Source: Clostridia bacterium (GTDB lineage Bacteria > Bacillota > Clostridia > Christensenellales > CAAEEZ01). Taken from it: a stretch of DNA of 64,000 nucleotides. The notes under the pieces were generated by a model. It saw nothing but the letters and a program-made list of their open reading frames with translations, had not been told where the DNA came from and made no database searches. Positions within the stretch are counted from its first letter, which is position 1, and each line of letters starts with the position of its first letter. Position numbers and translations under genes: made by a program. Below, piece by piece: positions 44,770-55,207 of the stretch. The stretch lies in the NCBI GenBank assembly GCA_900755035.1, contig CAAEEZ010000017.1, positions 329,066-393,065 of the forward strand, written 5' to 3'.

Positions 44770-46177
44770 TTAACTCTTCCTTTGCCTTTACGTAATACCT
44801 ATCTAGTTCTTCAATCGTTAGATTTTTAATATCCTTTTTATCGCCCTTTATCATCTTTTCCATAAGCGTAAAGCGTTTAACGAATTTTTTATTACTTCTA
44901 TCAAGCGCTACTTCGCCACTCACACCGTACAACCTTACGATATTAGCAATAGAGAACAGCAAATCGCCTGCTTCCATTTCCCTTTCACTTTCGGTAGTAG
45001 CGTTTTTAAGTTCGGCAAGTTCTTCCTTTGCCTTTTCAATAGCGCCGTCTATATTTTCAAAATCAAACCCTGCTTTATTAGCGTATTTTTGCACCTTTTC
45101 AGCATATAGCAAGGACGGGAATTCGTCCGGTAGCCTATTCATTTTGTCGGCGTTACTTACGTACTCCTTTTCCTTTCCTTTTGCCTTTTCCCAAAAACCT
45201 AACGCTTCCTCAGCAGTAGTCGCTTTATCATTGCCGAAAATATGAGTGTGCCTTGTTAGTAGTTTGTTACATAATCCACCAAGCACTTCGTAAACGTCGT
45301 ATTCGCCCGTTTGCTCGCCTATTACCGAGTGGAACACTGCTTGCAGTAGTACGTCGCCCGTTTCTTCTATCATATTTTCAATATCTTCGTCGTTAATAGC
45401 GCTTACGAGTTCGTACGATTCCTCAATCAAATTTTTGCGTATGCTCTCGTGCGTTTGCGCCTTGTCCCAACTGCAACCGTCCTTATCTCTTAGCCTGTAC
45501 ATTATTTCTAGTAGGTCGGTAAAATCAAAGCCCTTTCTATTTTGAATATCGGTCGGCAATATAATTAGCGACGTACTAAAAGAATACTCGCTAAGCCTAT
45601 CAAGTTCGTAAACTTTTATTTTCTTTTCTTTGTTACCGAAAAATACTACTACGTCCTCTTCGTCGCCGTACAATTTGCTAAGCCAAAGTTTTATATTTGA
45701 CGCCAAGTTTTTATTGTCTATTTCGGTAATTATTAGTGGAATTCTTTTGTTTACGTTTATCACTCTTTTATCCGTAAAGTAATGCCCCGACAAAATAGTG
45801 TAATCGGTGGTTGGATATTTTTCAAGCGCCGTTGCGTAGTAACCCACGCCACCTATTATCCTAACGTCGAACTTTTCTTTAAGCGCCTTAACCGAATTAT
45901 CTGCGTAACCACCACCAGTTACGCAGTAGCAAATATCGTCAAACTCTTTAAGTAAGTTTTCAAAATGCTCTACTATCTTGCCGTCAAGGTCGGTAAAGTC
46001 CTCGGCGTTTTCGTAAATTTCGTCTAGTACTTCGCAATTAACGGCGTTATCTTCAAAATATTGAAAAGAGGGCGTAAGCGCCGTTTTTACCACTACTTTT
46101 TCAGCGTGGCAAATTGCTTCTACGCCCCTTAGAGTTATATCGTATTTGTCCCTACCTAAACCAACTACCGTTATCAT
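44756..46177 (-). CDS. mazG: YabN-type fusion: N-terminal methylase-like domain plus MazG nucleoside triphosphate pyrophosphohydrolase
   Basis: The N-terminus is MITVVGLG. The MazG repeats are GCSWDKAQTHESIRKNLIEESYELVSAI and EELAELKNA...EAGDLLFSIANIVR. The synteny spoVT-yabM-yabN matches Bacillus. Confidence 0.85.
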   Translation of the reverse strand: MITVVGLGRDKYDITLRGVEAICHAEKVVVKTALTPSFQYFEDNAVNCEVLDEIYENAEDFTDLDGKIVEHFENLLKEFDDICYCVTGGGYADNSVKALKEKFDVRIIGGVGYYATALEKYPTTDYTILSGHYFTDKRVINVNKRIPLIITEIDNKNLASNIKLWLSKLYGDEEDVVVFFGNKEKKIKVYELDRLSEYSFSTSLIILPTDIQNRKGFDFTDLLEIMYRLRDKDGCSWDKAQTHESIRKNLIEESYELVSAINDEDIENMIEETGDVLLQAVFHSVIGEQTGEYDVYEVLGGLCNKLLTRHTHIFGNDKATTAEEALGFWEKAKGKEKEYVSNADKMNRLPDEFPSLLYAEKVQKYANKAGFDFENIDGAIEKAKEELAELKNATTESEREMEAGDLLFSIANIVRLYGVSGEVALDRSNKKFVKRFTLMEKMIKGDKKDIKNLTIEELDRYYVKAKEELNEDR

Positions 46178-47735
46178 ATTTTCTCCTGTAAAACTTTTTT
46201 TGCAAGTTTATCGGCTCGTTTCTTAAAAGCCCTATGCTTTTTAATTCGCTTTTGCTTAAAACTTCGTTACGTTTTAGCAATATATAGTATATACTACCAC
46301 CCACTAAACAAGCAACTAAAAAGCCTAATATATTATTAGAGATATATCTTCTTGATAGTATAACTACCCCAAAAAAAATTACCGATAGCAAAATAGTTTT
46401 TACAAGTTGGCTACTTAGATCAAAATTTACGCCGAGCAACTTTCGATAGCTGTAATCGTTCAATAAGCACGCAATCACACTCATAATAAGGGTTGAATAG
46501 GCAAGCCCTATTATGCCTATTTGGTTTACTAGAATTACGCATAATACTTCCTTAACAACGAGCGCAATCAGCATATTTCTAACGGGAATATATATTTTGT
46601 CCAAACCTTGCATAAGTGCAGTTTCTACTTGCATTACACCGTAAAACACGATACTTAGCGAACAGATAGATAGTAAGGACGACGCCGTATCTATTTCGCT
46701 AACGGTAAACCTTGGATAAATTATGCTTAGTATCGGCTTAGCAAAAGCAATTAGTAAGATACTACACGGCAATCCAAAAATAAAGCACAGTTTTATTGCG
46801 CTTTTACTTTTTTCAAGTATACCGTAATAGTTCAAGTTCACCCTTTCTCGACTAACTACGGGCACTATTATCATAGCTAGTGAAAGCACCAACATAATAG
46901 GCATATTTACGATAGGATTTACCGAGCCCGAAAAAAGTCCGTACATTGCCGTTGCGTGCTGATTGCCTGCTGTTTTTGCAATCACGTTCACCACTATAAA
47001 ACTGTCGATAAATTGGCTAAGTGGCACTAGCGTAGAGCCTATCGTTACGGGAAAGGCAATTTTTAGTAGCCTTTTGCCTATCTCTTTCGTTTTGTCGTGA
47101 TTTACCTTTACCGCCTTTTCTCGACTAGCAAGATAAATTATCAATAATACGAAAAACGATACAATCTCCGACACGGTTACGCCTATTAAACTACCCGCAA
47201 CTTGATACACCACACCATACGGGGCAAGATAATAGGCTAAAAGTAGCCCTACGGCAAGTTTTATCACTTGCTCTAATATATAGCTAATCGAGGTTGGCAT
47301 CATATTTACTTTGCCTTGAAAATAGCCTTTTAGTACACTTAGCCCTGCAACGAAAAATACGGCGGGACAAATGGCTACGTACCCCGACCAAGCAATAGGA
47401 TTGCCTTGTAATTTAGCAATAGTAACCGATAAAAGCAAAAGGCACACGCTAATCACGCCACCCGATGCAAGCCCTAGAATAAGCGAAGAATACAGCACGG
47501 ATTTTTTGTCGCTTACGTTGTTACTTTCAGCCGTCAGCCTAGATACTGCAATCGGCAAGCCCGAGCCTATCACCGTAACGATAAGCGCATACACCGAGAA
47601 TACTAATTGATACAGCCCTATACCCTCAGCGCCTAGCATATTTGATAGCGGTATCCTGTAAAATACGCCTATCGCCTTACTTAAAAGCACTCCGCCCGTA
47701 AGAATAAACGCCGACTTTACTATCTTACTTTTCAT
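46152..47735 (-). CDS. MOP-superfamily polysaccharide/lipid II flippase-like protein (YabM/SpoVB/MurJ-like)
   Basis: The protein is 527 aa with about 14 TM segments. The N-terminus GGVLLSKAIGVFYRIPLSNMLGAEGIGLYQ fits the family. Its position between spoVT and yabN agrees. Confidence 0.8.
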   Translation of the reverse strand: MKSKIVKSAFILTGGVLLSKAIGVFYRIPLSNMLGAEGIGLYQLVFSVYALIVTVIGSGLPIAVSRLTAESNNVSDKKSVLYSSLILGLASGGVISVCLLLLSVTIAKLQGNPIAWSGYVAICPAVFFVAGLSVLKGYFQGKVNMMPTSISYILEQVIKLAVGLLLAYYLAPYGVVYQVAGSLIGVTVSEIVSFFVLLIIYLASREKAVKVNHDKTKEIGKRLLKIAFPVTIGSTLVPLSQFIDSFIVVNVIAKTAGNQHATAMYGLFSGSVNPIVNMPIMLVLSLAMIIVPVVSRERVNLNYYGILEKSKSAIKLCFIFGLPCSILLIAFAKPILSIIYPRFTVSEIDTASSLLSICSLSIVFYGVMQVETALMQGLDKIYIPVRNMLIALVVKEVLCVILVNQIGIIGLAYSTLIMSVIACLLNDYSYRKLLGVNFDLSSQLVKTILLSVIFFGVVILSRRYISNNILGFLVACLVGGSIYYILLKRNEVLSKSELKSIGLLRNEPINLQKKFYRRKYDNGSWFR

Positions 47736-48255
47736 TTATAATTATCTCCAACACCCACACTGCAAGACGCAAATATTTTAGATGCGATAAGTCAAAATTA
47801 TCCTCACCGCAAATTATCACGCTACCCACGGGAACTCCGCCTAACAATATCGGCATAAATATTTGGGCGTAATATTTTTTGCCGTTGTCACACAAACTTA
47901 TACCCATTCCACCGTTAAAACTTGTGTAGTGCCTTAGGTTCACCAACTTTTTCGCCTCAGCCGATAACGGCTTGTTTTCCTCCACGTTTGCCTCGCCGAA
48001 AACCTTTAATATTTCGCTTTGATTAGTTACGAAAGTAGGTACGCCAAGCGATGCGTAGATTTTTGCGCCAAGTTTATCGGCGTATTGCTGCATACTAAAC
48101 TCCACGTTGGCTTTTCTAAATACGACTTCGTTATTTTCCCCTACGAATATCTCCATTTCGTCCGCCGTATTCAAATCTAAAAGTTTTCGAATTTCCCTAG
48201 GAATAACTATCCTGCCTAGGTTGTCTATCTTTCTTATCATTCCAGACCTTTTCAT
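47725..48255 (-). CDS. spoVT: Stage V sporulation protein T-like AbrB-family regulator
   Basis: IRKIDNLGRIVIPREIRKLLDL is a SpoVT/AbrB swapped-hairpin. The C-terminal ~120 aa is GAF-like. The length is 176 aa. Confidence 0.8.
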   Translation of the reverse strand: MKRSGMIRKIDNLGRIVIPREIRKLLDLNTADEMEIFVGENNEVVFRKANVEFSMQQYADKLGAKIYASLGVPTFVTNQSEILKVFGEANVEENKPLSAEAKKLVNLRHYTSFNGGMGISLCDNGKKYYAQIFMPILLGGVPVGSVIICGEDNFDLSHLKYLRLAVWVLEIIINEK

Positions 48256-48385
48256 AATATCTCCTTAGGGCTAGTATTATAAAAAACAGGAAAAATATGT
48301 AAACGTTTGCAATAATAAAACTAAAATTATGCTTATGTTAAATAAAAAACAATTATACAAAACTTAAAAAATTATAATAATCTAT

Positions 48386-48413
48386 TAAAAAAACGGCTTT
48401 TCAGCCGTCTTTT
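48386..48413. terminator. Hairpin terminator after the lipoprotein gene
   Basis: A run, stem acggct / agccgt, then tcttt. Confidence 0.65.
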
Positions 48414-48443
48414 AAGTAATCAATCAAAATATAAATCGATTGA

Positions 48444-49220
48444 TTATTTTTTCATTGCCCAATCGGGAATAGATATTTTCGTTCCGCCAAACGTAGCGTT
48501 AAATCTTACCATTTCTTTTCCGTCAACGAATACAAATGCTTGAGCAAACTTTTTGTCCTTAAAAATTATTTTTGATATTATAGTTCTATTTGTTCCGTTT
48601 ATATCAGTACCAACTTCGGTTATTACGTATTGTTTTATACTTTCGTCGTACTTTGCGTTTTCAAAATTATATCTATATTGCCTGATACCTTGGTTAATAT
48701 CAGTAGCCATTGATAACCACATAAATACACTCATATCCAACCCTACCCTATGGCTATCTCCTTGCTCAGTCGGATCATACGGAATTTCGTCTACCTTAAC
48801 TTGTGTTTCAATTCCCGTACCTTCGCTTCTACTTCCCTTGTACCAAATATCGTTTTTATTATATTTATATTCTTCCTGACTCTTTTTCATATTTTTATCT
48901 TTATAATATTCATACCTATACTCATAAAACACATCGTTATCCCTTTTCATTTTACCCTGTGCTTTCCCGTTAATAGTAGTGTTTTGTATATTAACATCAA
49001 ATACCACCGAGTAGTTTTTTTCATTAGATGGGTTAAACGCCTTGGTCCACTCCTCTGTGGTTAGTTTTTCAGAGGTTATCGGCGAGAAGTTAAAGTCGCT
49101 GTCACCTTTTCCCGCATCACCATTTCCTGCCGGCGTTGTTTTGTCACCACAAGCAGTAAGCGCAAATATACTGCAAATAGTAATAATTAACGTAAATATT
49201 GCTAAAATTTTCTTTTTCAT
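48444..49220 (-). CDS. Lipoprotein of unknown function
   Basis: The signal peptide and lipobox are MKKKILAIFTLIITICSIFALTACGD. I recognise no catalytic motif. Confidence 0.65.
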   Translation of the reverse strand: MKKKILAIFTLIITICSIFALTACGDKTTPAGNGDAGKGDSDFNFSPITSEKLTTEEWTKAFNPSNEKNYSVVFDVNIQNTTINGKAQGKMKRDNDVFYEYRYEYYKDKNMKKSQEEYKYNKNDIWYKGSRSEGTGIETQVKVDEIPYDPTEQGDSHRVGLDMSVFMWLSMATDINQGIRQYRYNFENAKYDESIKQYVITEVGTDINGTNRTIISKIIFKDKKFAQAFVFVDGKEMVRFNATFGGTKISIPDWAMKK

Positions 49221-49390
49221 AATCTTCCTCCATTTATATATGTAATCATTTATCGTATTTAATATACTAAGTTAATCTCACTTTGTCAATAATATTTAGT
49301 TAAATAGATTAAAAAATTTGCTTTTCTTCGTTTTTATCGGTATTTTTATCAAATATAGAAAATAGAAACTAAAACTTCATTAAAAAATTG

Positions 49391-49420
49391 CAAAAAAAAA
49401 CGGCTACTAGGCCGTTTTGT
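49391..49420 (-). terminator. Rho-independent terminator after rex
   Basis: Stem aacggc / gccgtt, followed on the minus strand by T9. Confidence 0.7.
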
Positions 49421-49424
49421 AAAA

Positions 49425-50054
49425 CTATTTTTGATTTTGCATATAGTAACTAAGTACGAACAAACTATCGCTCATATTTATGTTTTCCACTACTACGTTA
49501 TCAGTAGACATTAGGTCAATCGGGGCAAAGTTCCATACACCCTTGATACCTAATTTGCATATCCTATCGTACACCTCTACCGCCACGTTCTTTTGCGTTG
49601 CAATGATAGCAATATCTACGTGATTGTTTTGGCAATATTCTTCTAGTTTATCCACATGCAACGCTACGCATTTATCGGGCGCTTTGATATTTTCGGGATA
49701 GATATCGAATATCGCTTTTATATTAAATCCGTCCTTCTTAAATCCACCGTAATGGCTAAGAGCATTACCAATATTACCTGCACCTATTATGATTACGTTA
49801 TAGTCGGCGTGCAAGTTAAGAATTTGCGCTATTTCTGTGGTAAGTTTATTTATATCGTAGCCGTAGCCTTGCTGACCAAATTCGCCAAAATTTGAAAAGT
49901 CCTGCCTTACTTGTGACGCCGTTACGTTAAGCGCCTCTGCAAGCGCCTTAGAGGATATCTTATGTTCCCCGTTTTGCAACAGTTGGCACAAATATCTATA
50001 ATATTTTGGCAGTCTTTTAATTACCGCCTCGCTTATATGTGTTTTTTTATACAT
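49425..50054 (-). CDS. rex: Redox-sensing transcriptional repressor Rex
   Basis: The N-terminal wHTH is ISEAVIKRLPKYYRYL. The Rossmann motif is VIIIGAGNIGNAL. Confidence 0.9.
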   Translation of the reverse strand: MYKKTHISEAVIKRLPKYYRYLCQLLQNGEHKISSKALAEALNVTASQVRQDFSNFGEFGQQGYGYDINKLTTEIAQILNLHADYNVIIIGAGNIGNALSHYGGFKKDGFNIKAIFDIYPENIKAPDKCVALHVDKLEEYCQNNHVDIAIIATQKNVAVEVYDRICKLGIKGVWNFAPIDLMSTDNVVVENINMSDSLFVLSYYMQNQK

Positions 50055-50192
50055 CTTTGCTCCTTTTTATCTACCTACTATATTAACAACTATTAGGAAA
50101 GATTGTCAATAGTAAAGCGCCAAATTACCCTTTTTACGTTATTTATTTGACAAAGAAAAAAATTTTTTGTATAAATTTATTAAGAGGTGTTT

Positions 50193-50450
50193 ATGAAACT
50201 GTGGGCAAGAGTAAAAATTAACGATAAATTAGTACATAACGAACTACTAGAAAACGACCTACCTGACAATAGATACAACTACGAACAGTCGCTTAGAGAG
50301 ATATGCGAAATAATGGATATATCCACCCCCGTTAGCCTATCTTCTCATTACAAGCACTTTCACAGATTTAATATCGTAAAGTACAATCAGCAAGATTTTA
50401 TCGACAAGGAAAACTTTGATATTTTGGAAATAGAGAACTGCCCTAACTAA
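50193..50450 (+). CDS. Small hypothetical protein
   Basis: The ORF is 85 aa with an AAGAGG RBS 5 nt before the ATG at 50193. A TTGACA-17-TATAAA promoter lies upstream. No family is recognised. Confidence 0.5.
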   Translation: MKLWARVKINDKLVHNELLENDLPDNRYNYEQSLREICEIMDISTPVSLSSHYKHFHRFNIVKYNQQDFIDKENFDILEIENCPN

Positions 50451-50575
50451 CCCGTTGGGCAGTCTTTTTTTGGTTACACAATATATAGTAAAAGTCAAAA
50501 AAAATAAAAGTTTTTGGCTTTTTTTATATAAATATATGATAACATAAATGTACTATCGTTTTGGGGGAGTGAATT

Positions 50576-52003
50576 ATGGCATTTTGTAAATTGTCCGGCG
50601 ATTTAGTTTTGGACGGATATACCTATATTGAAAACGTATTTATAAACGAATATTTGCCAAAGGCAGACGGCGAATACGTAAAAGCCTATATCTACGGGCT
50701 ATTTTTGTCAAATAACGCAGGCTTGCAAAACGATGTGGAAAGTTTTTGTAGTAGGCTGAATAAAACTCCCGACCAACTTTACAATATTTTTTCATATTGG
50801 CAAGACGAAGGCTTAGTGCAAATCACCTCGACAGAGCCGTTTGAAATAAAATACTTATCGGTTAAAAATAAACTACCTAAAAAATATAAGGCGGGTAAAT
50901 TCGACGACTTTAACACTTCCCTTCAAGAATTATTTACAAAACGCATGATTACCCCAAACGAATACAACGAGTATTACGAAACTATGGACAACCTAAAAAT
51001 CACGCCCGAGGCAATGCTTATGATTGTGCGTTATAACATAGATTTGAAGGGTGAAAACGTAAACTACAAATATATCCTAACCGTTGCAACAAATTGGGCA
51101 AACGAAGGGGTACGTACCGTTAAGGACGTAGAAAAGAAACTATGCGAATACGACGTACTAAGCGACAGCATAGCTCTAGTCCTAGACGCTATGAACAGGA
51201 AAACGCCTATCGGTCTATACGAAAAGCAACTATTTACAAAATGGACGAATAACCTTGGCTTTACGATAGATGCAATAGTAACGACGGCAAAACTAACAAA
51301 ACGTAAGGACTTCGACGCCCTAGACAAAAAACTAGAAGAATTATATAGATTGAACGTAATGTCGGTTGAGGAAATAAACAACTACACCGAAACAAAAAAC
51401 AACTTGTGTAAAGTAGCAAAAGCCGTAAACAAAAAACTTGGCGTGTACTACGACGACCTAGACAATATAATCGAAACGTACACTTCGCCGTGGCTATCAA
51501 AAGGTTTTACCGAAGAAACGCTGGAGTACGTTGCAAACTACTGTTTTTTGTGTAATATAAAAACGCTTAGCGGACTAGATAGAATACTAAACAACCTATA
51601 TAAAATGGGCTTTATTACCACGAAAGCCGTTGAAGAATTTATCGCAAATAGGCTACAAAACGACGACGTAATACAAACTATTATCGAAAAAACGGGCTCT
51701 AATAGGTCGGTAACGAACAGCGACAGAAACTTTTATAGAACGTGGAAAAGCGATTGGAATATTAGCGACGAGTTAATTAACTACGCTACCACCATAGCAA
51801 ACGGGAAGACCTCCCCTATGACCTACCTAAACCAAGTGCTATCAAATTGGCATAAGCAAGGTATTGCTACTGTGGACGAAGCAAAAAGAACGGAAACGTC
51901 TAGCGTAAAAGATTCGCAAGCAATAGTAAGAAGAAATTATACTCCGCAAGAATTAAATTCTATTTTCAGCGATATGGACGACTACGATAATTTGGATTTG
52001 TAA
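50576..52003 (+). CDS. DnaD/DnaB(Bsu)-type replication initiation protein (multiple DnaD-like domains)
   Basis: The protein is 475 aa with repeated DnaD/DnaB_2-like helical modules ending in ...YWQDEGLV, ...TVATNWANEGVRTVKDVEK and ...YLNQVLSNWHKQGIATVDEAK. It lies immediately upstream of the helicase-loader ATPase. Confidence 0.75.
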   Translation: MAFCKLSGDLVLDGYTYIENVFINEYLPKADGEYVKAYIYGLFLSNNAGLQNDVESFCSRLNKTPDQLYNIFSYWQDEGLVQITSTEPFEIKYLSVKNKLPKKYKAGKFDDFNTSLQELFTKRMITPNEYNEYYETMDNLKITPEAMLMIVRYNIDLKGENVNYKYILTVATNWANEGVRTVKDVEKKLCEYDVLSDSIALVLDAMNRKTPIGLYEKQLFTKWTNNLGFTIDAIVTTAKLTKRKDFDALDKKLEELYRLNVMSVEEINNYTETKNNLCKVAKAVNKKLGVYYDDLDNIIETYTSPWLSKGFTEETLEYVANYCFLCNIKTLSGLDRILNNLYKMGFITTKAVEEFIANRLQNDDVIQTIIEKTGSNRSVTNSDRNFYRTWKSDWNISDELINYATTIANGKTSPMTYLNQVLSNWHKQGIATVDEAKRTETSSVKDSQAIVRRNYTPQELNSIFSDMDDYDNLDL

Positions 52004-52004
52004 T

Positions 52005-52949
52005 ATGAAAAACGAAAAGATAATTAGCGAAATATTAAATAGTATGGCAAAAAGTAGGCAAACGGCTATTGCTATTGCCGAGGAAAACCTAAAACGCTGT
52101 ATGCAAAACGAAACGTACGCTAGCCTAGAATACCAAAAGCGAACGCTGGCTATGGAAATAGGCGTAAACGAGGCAAACGGAAAGGACTGCAAAAGCCTTA
52201 GGAAAAACTACGATAAGGTTGTAAAAGAGCAAGCCGTATTGCAGACAAAATTGGGCTACTCTGTAAACGACTTAGTACCGGATTTTAACTGCCCTATTTG
52301 TAAAGATACGGGACACGTTAACGGCAAATTATGTTCGTGCGTAGAAAAAGAGTACGAAGTAAAAATTAGAAAGCAACTAGAATTAAAGAACGTACCTAAT
52401 TTTACTTTTAAGGACTTCGACTACTCCGTTTTTGACGAAGAAAGTGGCAAGCGTATGAAAAAATTGTACGTTGCATGCGAAAAATTTTGTGGTTCGTTCC
52501 CTAATACAAACGTACAAAATTTGGTATTTTTAGGCAATACGGGCACGGGAAAAACCTGCCTAATATCAGCTATTTCTAACGAACTAATTAACAGGCAATT
52601 CACCGTTTTGTACCTAACTGCTTTCGAACTATCGCAAACCCTACTAAACTATCATCTTGCCGACGTAAAGAACAAAAAAGGCATACTAGAAAGCATTACT
52701 AATTGCGACCTACTAGTTATAGACGACCTAGGTACAGAGCCAATTTACAAAAACGTAACGCTTGAATATCTATTTTTGATTATCAATCAGCGTAACCTAG
52801 AAAAAAAGCACACTGCTATATCCTCTAACCTAACGCTTGGCGAAATAATAGACCGTTACGGCGAAAGAATATTTAGTAGAATAACGGATAAAAGTAAATC
52901 TAAAATACTAAGCGTAAATTGTAACGACCTAAGACTTAGGAAAAAATAA
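52005..52949 (+). CDS. Helicase-loader AAA+ ATPase (DnaC/DnaI family)
   Basis: Walker A is FLGNTGTGKTCL and Walker B is LLVIDDLGTE. The N-terminal zinc motif is CPICKDTGH...CSC. Confidence 0.85.
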   Translation: MKNEKIISEILNSMAKSRQTAIAIAEENLKRCMQNETYASLEYQKRTLAMEIGVNEANGKDCKSLRKNYDKVVKEQAVLQTKLGYSVNDLVPDFNCPICKDTGHVNGKLCSCVEKEYEVKIRKQLELKNVPNFTFKDFDYSVFDEESGKRMKKLYVACEKFCGSFPNTNVQNLVFLGNTGTGKTCLISAISNELINRQFTVLYLTAFELSQTLLNYHLADVKNKKGILESITNCDLLVIDDLGTEPIYKNVTLEYLFLIINQRNLEKKHTAISSNLTLGEIIDRYGERIFSRITDKSKSKILSVNCNDLRLRKK

Positions 52950-53044
52950 AGATTAGACTAACTTTTTGTACTTTATAAATAAACGACTTACAAAATTTAG
53001 TAAAACTGCTAATAGTTGTTAATCACTAATTTTTGCTTTTGATT

Positions 53045-53329
53045 TTAGGATTTATTATTAAATTTATAAACGCAATACGTAAAAAAAGAAACCGAAAACG
53101 GTTTCTTTTTTCTTATAACTCGAATATTCGTTTTTTTTAGTTCGTCCACCTTGGCTTTATCTACTTTGTACGTATCGGCAAGCATTTCAAGTTGCCTTAG
53201 CGTTCTGTTATGAAACAACTTCACCATAGGGTTTTGGGTTATTTTGCCAAAATTTTCTTCAATTATCGCTACTGCCCTATCGTCGCTAAGTAACTCTTTT
53301 AAGGTGGTATCGTAGTTATATTTGCTCAT
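53045..53329 (-). CDS. Small hypothetical protein, translationally coupled to the upstream GPH transporter
   Basis: The ORF is 94 aa and starts 1 nt after the transporter stop. Its 3' end reads through a terminator hairpin (53085-53108). Confidence 0.45.
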   Translation of the reverse strand: MSKYNYDTTLKELLSDDRAVAIIEENFGKITQNPMVKLFHNRTLRQLEMLADTYKVDKAKVDELKKTNIRVIRKKKPFSVSFFTYCVYKFNNKS

Positions 53330-53330
53330 A

Positions 53331-55043
53331 CTATTTTTCGTCCTTGTCTACCGCTATCTCACTCTCGTTAGTAGTTTCAGTATCGGTCGCACATTCGGTT
53401 TCAACGTTTTCAGTAGCGTCTACTTGATTAACGTCAACCTCGCTACTACTTACTTCGTTCTCTTGACTAGCATCAGTTTCTTCCCTACTTGCAGTTTCTA
53501 CGTTTTCGCTAGTAGTATCAACAACGTCGTCAAGTTCCACAAGGTCTAGTTCACCCGTTTTTTTCACCTTAACTTCGCCGCTAGGAGTTAGTTCGCTGAT
53601 AACGATTCTATCGAAAAAGCCTATTTTATTTGCCTTTGCTAAGGTCTTTTCGTCCATAGGTTTACCTGCCGATTTGTGATTACGGATAAACTTCATAATG
53701 CCTTTCTCATTGTAGAATAGGAAGGTTAAGAAGGACAATAATGCAAATATACCTGCGATAAGTCCGCTTAGTTGTAATCCGTACGCAGTAGCTTTTCCGT
53801 CGGCTGAACCCATAGCGATTACGCTACCTACGAACACGCCTGCAACGGCGTAACTAATCTTTTCTAAGAAAGTTTTGCAAGATGCGTATATACCTTCTCT
53901 ATTTGCGCCAAAACGCAACCTATCTAGCTGTATTACGTCCGATACCATTGCTTGTGGCAAAATGTTGATAGCGGCAAACGGATAAGCCATTAGCATACCC
54001 ATACCAATACCTTTTAGCCAATCTTGACCAGGCAAAATTCTATCGGCAAAGTAGATTGCAATAAACAAAGCGGCAAACATACTAGAACCTATTAGAATAG
54101 GTTTTTTCTTGCTTACTTTGCTCGCTTTCATAATAAGCGGGAACAAAAGTATTGCCGTAAATATTGCTACGCCAAGTATTACGAACGAATACTTACCCAA
54201 ATTCAACAAAATACTAATGTAACTAAACATTGCCGTTTGGAAAAACGCCATTGCCATATAGTTAAACAAGTCGCCTAGGGTAAGCACCATAAAGTCTTTG
54301 TTAGATAATACTAACTTGAAAGATTTTAAGAACGGCTCGGTAGGAGGCGAAGTTTCTACTAAATAATCCTTTTCCTTAATGCTATACGCACTAATTAGTA
54401 GGCACGCAAGACCTATTACGGTAAGTACCGAGAACACTATTCTAAGCGTATTTGCGTATCCAAGAGGGCTGTTTTGCGCAATGCCGTCGGCAAGATAGCA
54501 CACCGAACTAGAACCCATAAAGAACACGGTACTAATAGTGTACGCCTTTACCCTGTCGTGTGGATTAGGTATAATCTCTGGGATTAGCGCCTTATGTGGA
54601 ATAGAATAAATCGTGTAAAAAGTATAGTAAAGTACAATAAATATTGCTACCCATACTGCGTTTAGTATTCTACCCGTATTGTCACTTACGTTAAACGGAG
54701 CCATATATACCATAAACGCCGATAATGCGTACGGAATAGCAACAAAACGCATCATAGGAATACGTCTACCCTTCGGGTTTTTGCTCTTATCCGAGAAGTT
54801 TGCAACTAACGGGTCGGTAATAGCGTCAACGATTTTACTAATCAAAATGATAAATGCTATAACGGTAAAAAAGCCGAAAATCTTTGTTTCGGGCAAAAAC
54901 TTTACGGGGTTGTAATCGCTATAAACATAGAAAGAAACTATGTAGTTTACAATCATACCCGTAAAAAGACCCTTACCTACGTCCCCTGCAAAAATTTGCA
55001 TAAGTTTTTTGGTAGATAGGGTTTTGTTTTTCTTTTGTTCCAT
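53331..55043 (-). CDS. MFS transporter of the GPH type with a ~125-aa acidic C-terminal tail
   Basis: The GPH loop is FSDKSKNPKGRRIPMMRF. There are about 12 TM segments. The tail is ...DDVVDTTSENVETASREETDASQENEVSSSEVDVNQVDATENVETECATDTETTNESE. Confidence 0.8.
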   Translation of the reverse strand: MEQKKNKTLSTKKLMQIFAGDVGKGLFTGMIVNYIVSFYVYSDYNPVKFLPETKIFGFFTVIAFIILISKIVDAITDPLVANFSDKSKNPKGRRIPMMRFVAIPYALSAFMVYMAPFNVSDNTGRILNAVWVAIFIVLYYTFYTIYSIPHKALIPEIIPNPHDRVKAYTISTVFFMGSSSVCYLADGIAQNSPLGYANTLRIVFSVLTVIGLACLLISAYSIKEKDYLVETSPPTEPFLKSFKLVLSNKDFMVLTLGDLFNYMAMAFFQTAMFSYISILLNLGKYSFVILGVAIFTAILLFPLIMKASKVSKKKPILIGSSMFAALFIAIYFADRILPGQDWLKGIGMGMLMAYPFAAINILPQAMVSDVIQLDRLRFGANREGIYASCKTFLEKISYAVAGVFVGSVIAMGSADGKATAYGLQLSGLIAGIFALLSFLTFLFYNEKGIMKFIRNHKSAGKPMDEKTLAKANKIGFFDRIVISELTPSGEVKVKKTGELDLVELDDVVDTTSENVETASREETDASQENEVSSSEVDVNQVDATENVETECATDTETTNESEIAVDKDEK

Positions 55044-55207
55044 ATCTTACTCCAAATAAAAAATACTAATAGTGTATTTATATCGGTCAAACGACTGCAA
55101 GTCAACAAAATGACTAAAATTAAATATAAATTAAATATAAAAATATGCATTACTGCATATTTATACTACGATTATTATATTTTCGGCTATATATGTATAT
55201 TTATACT

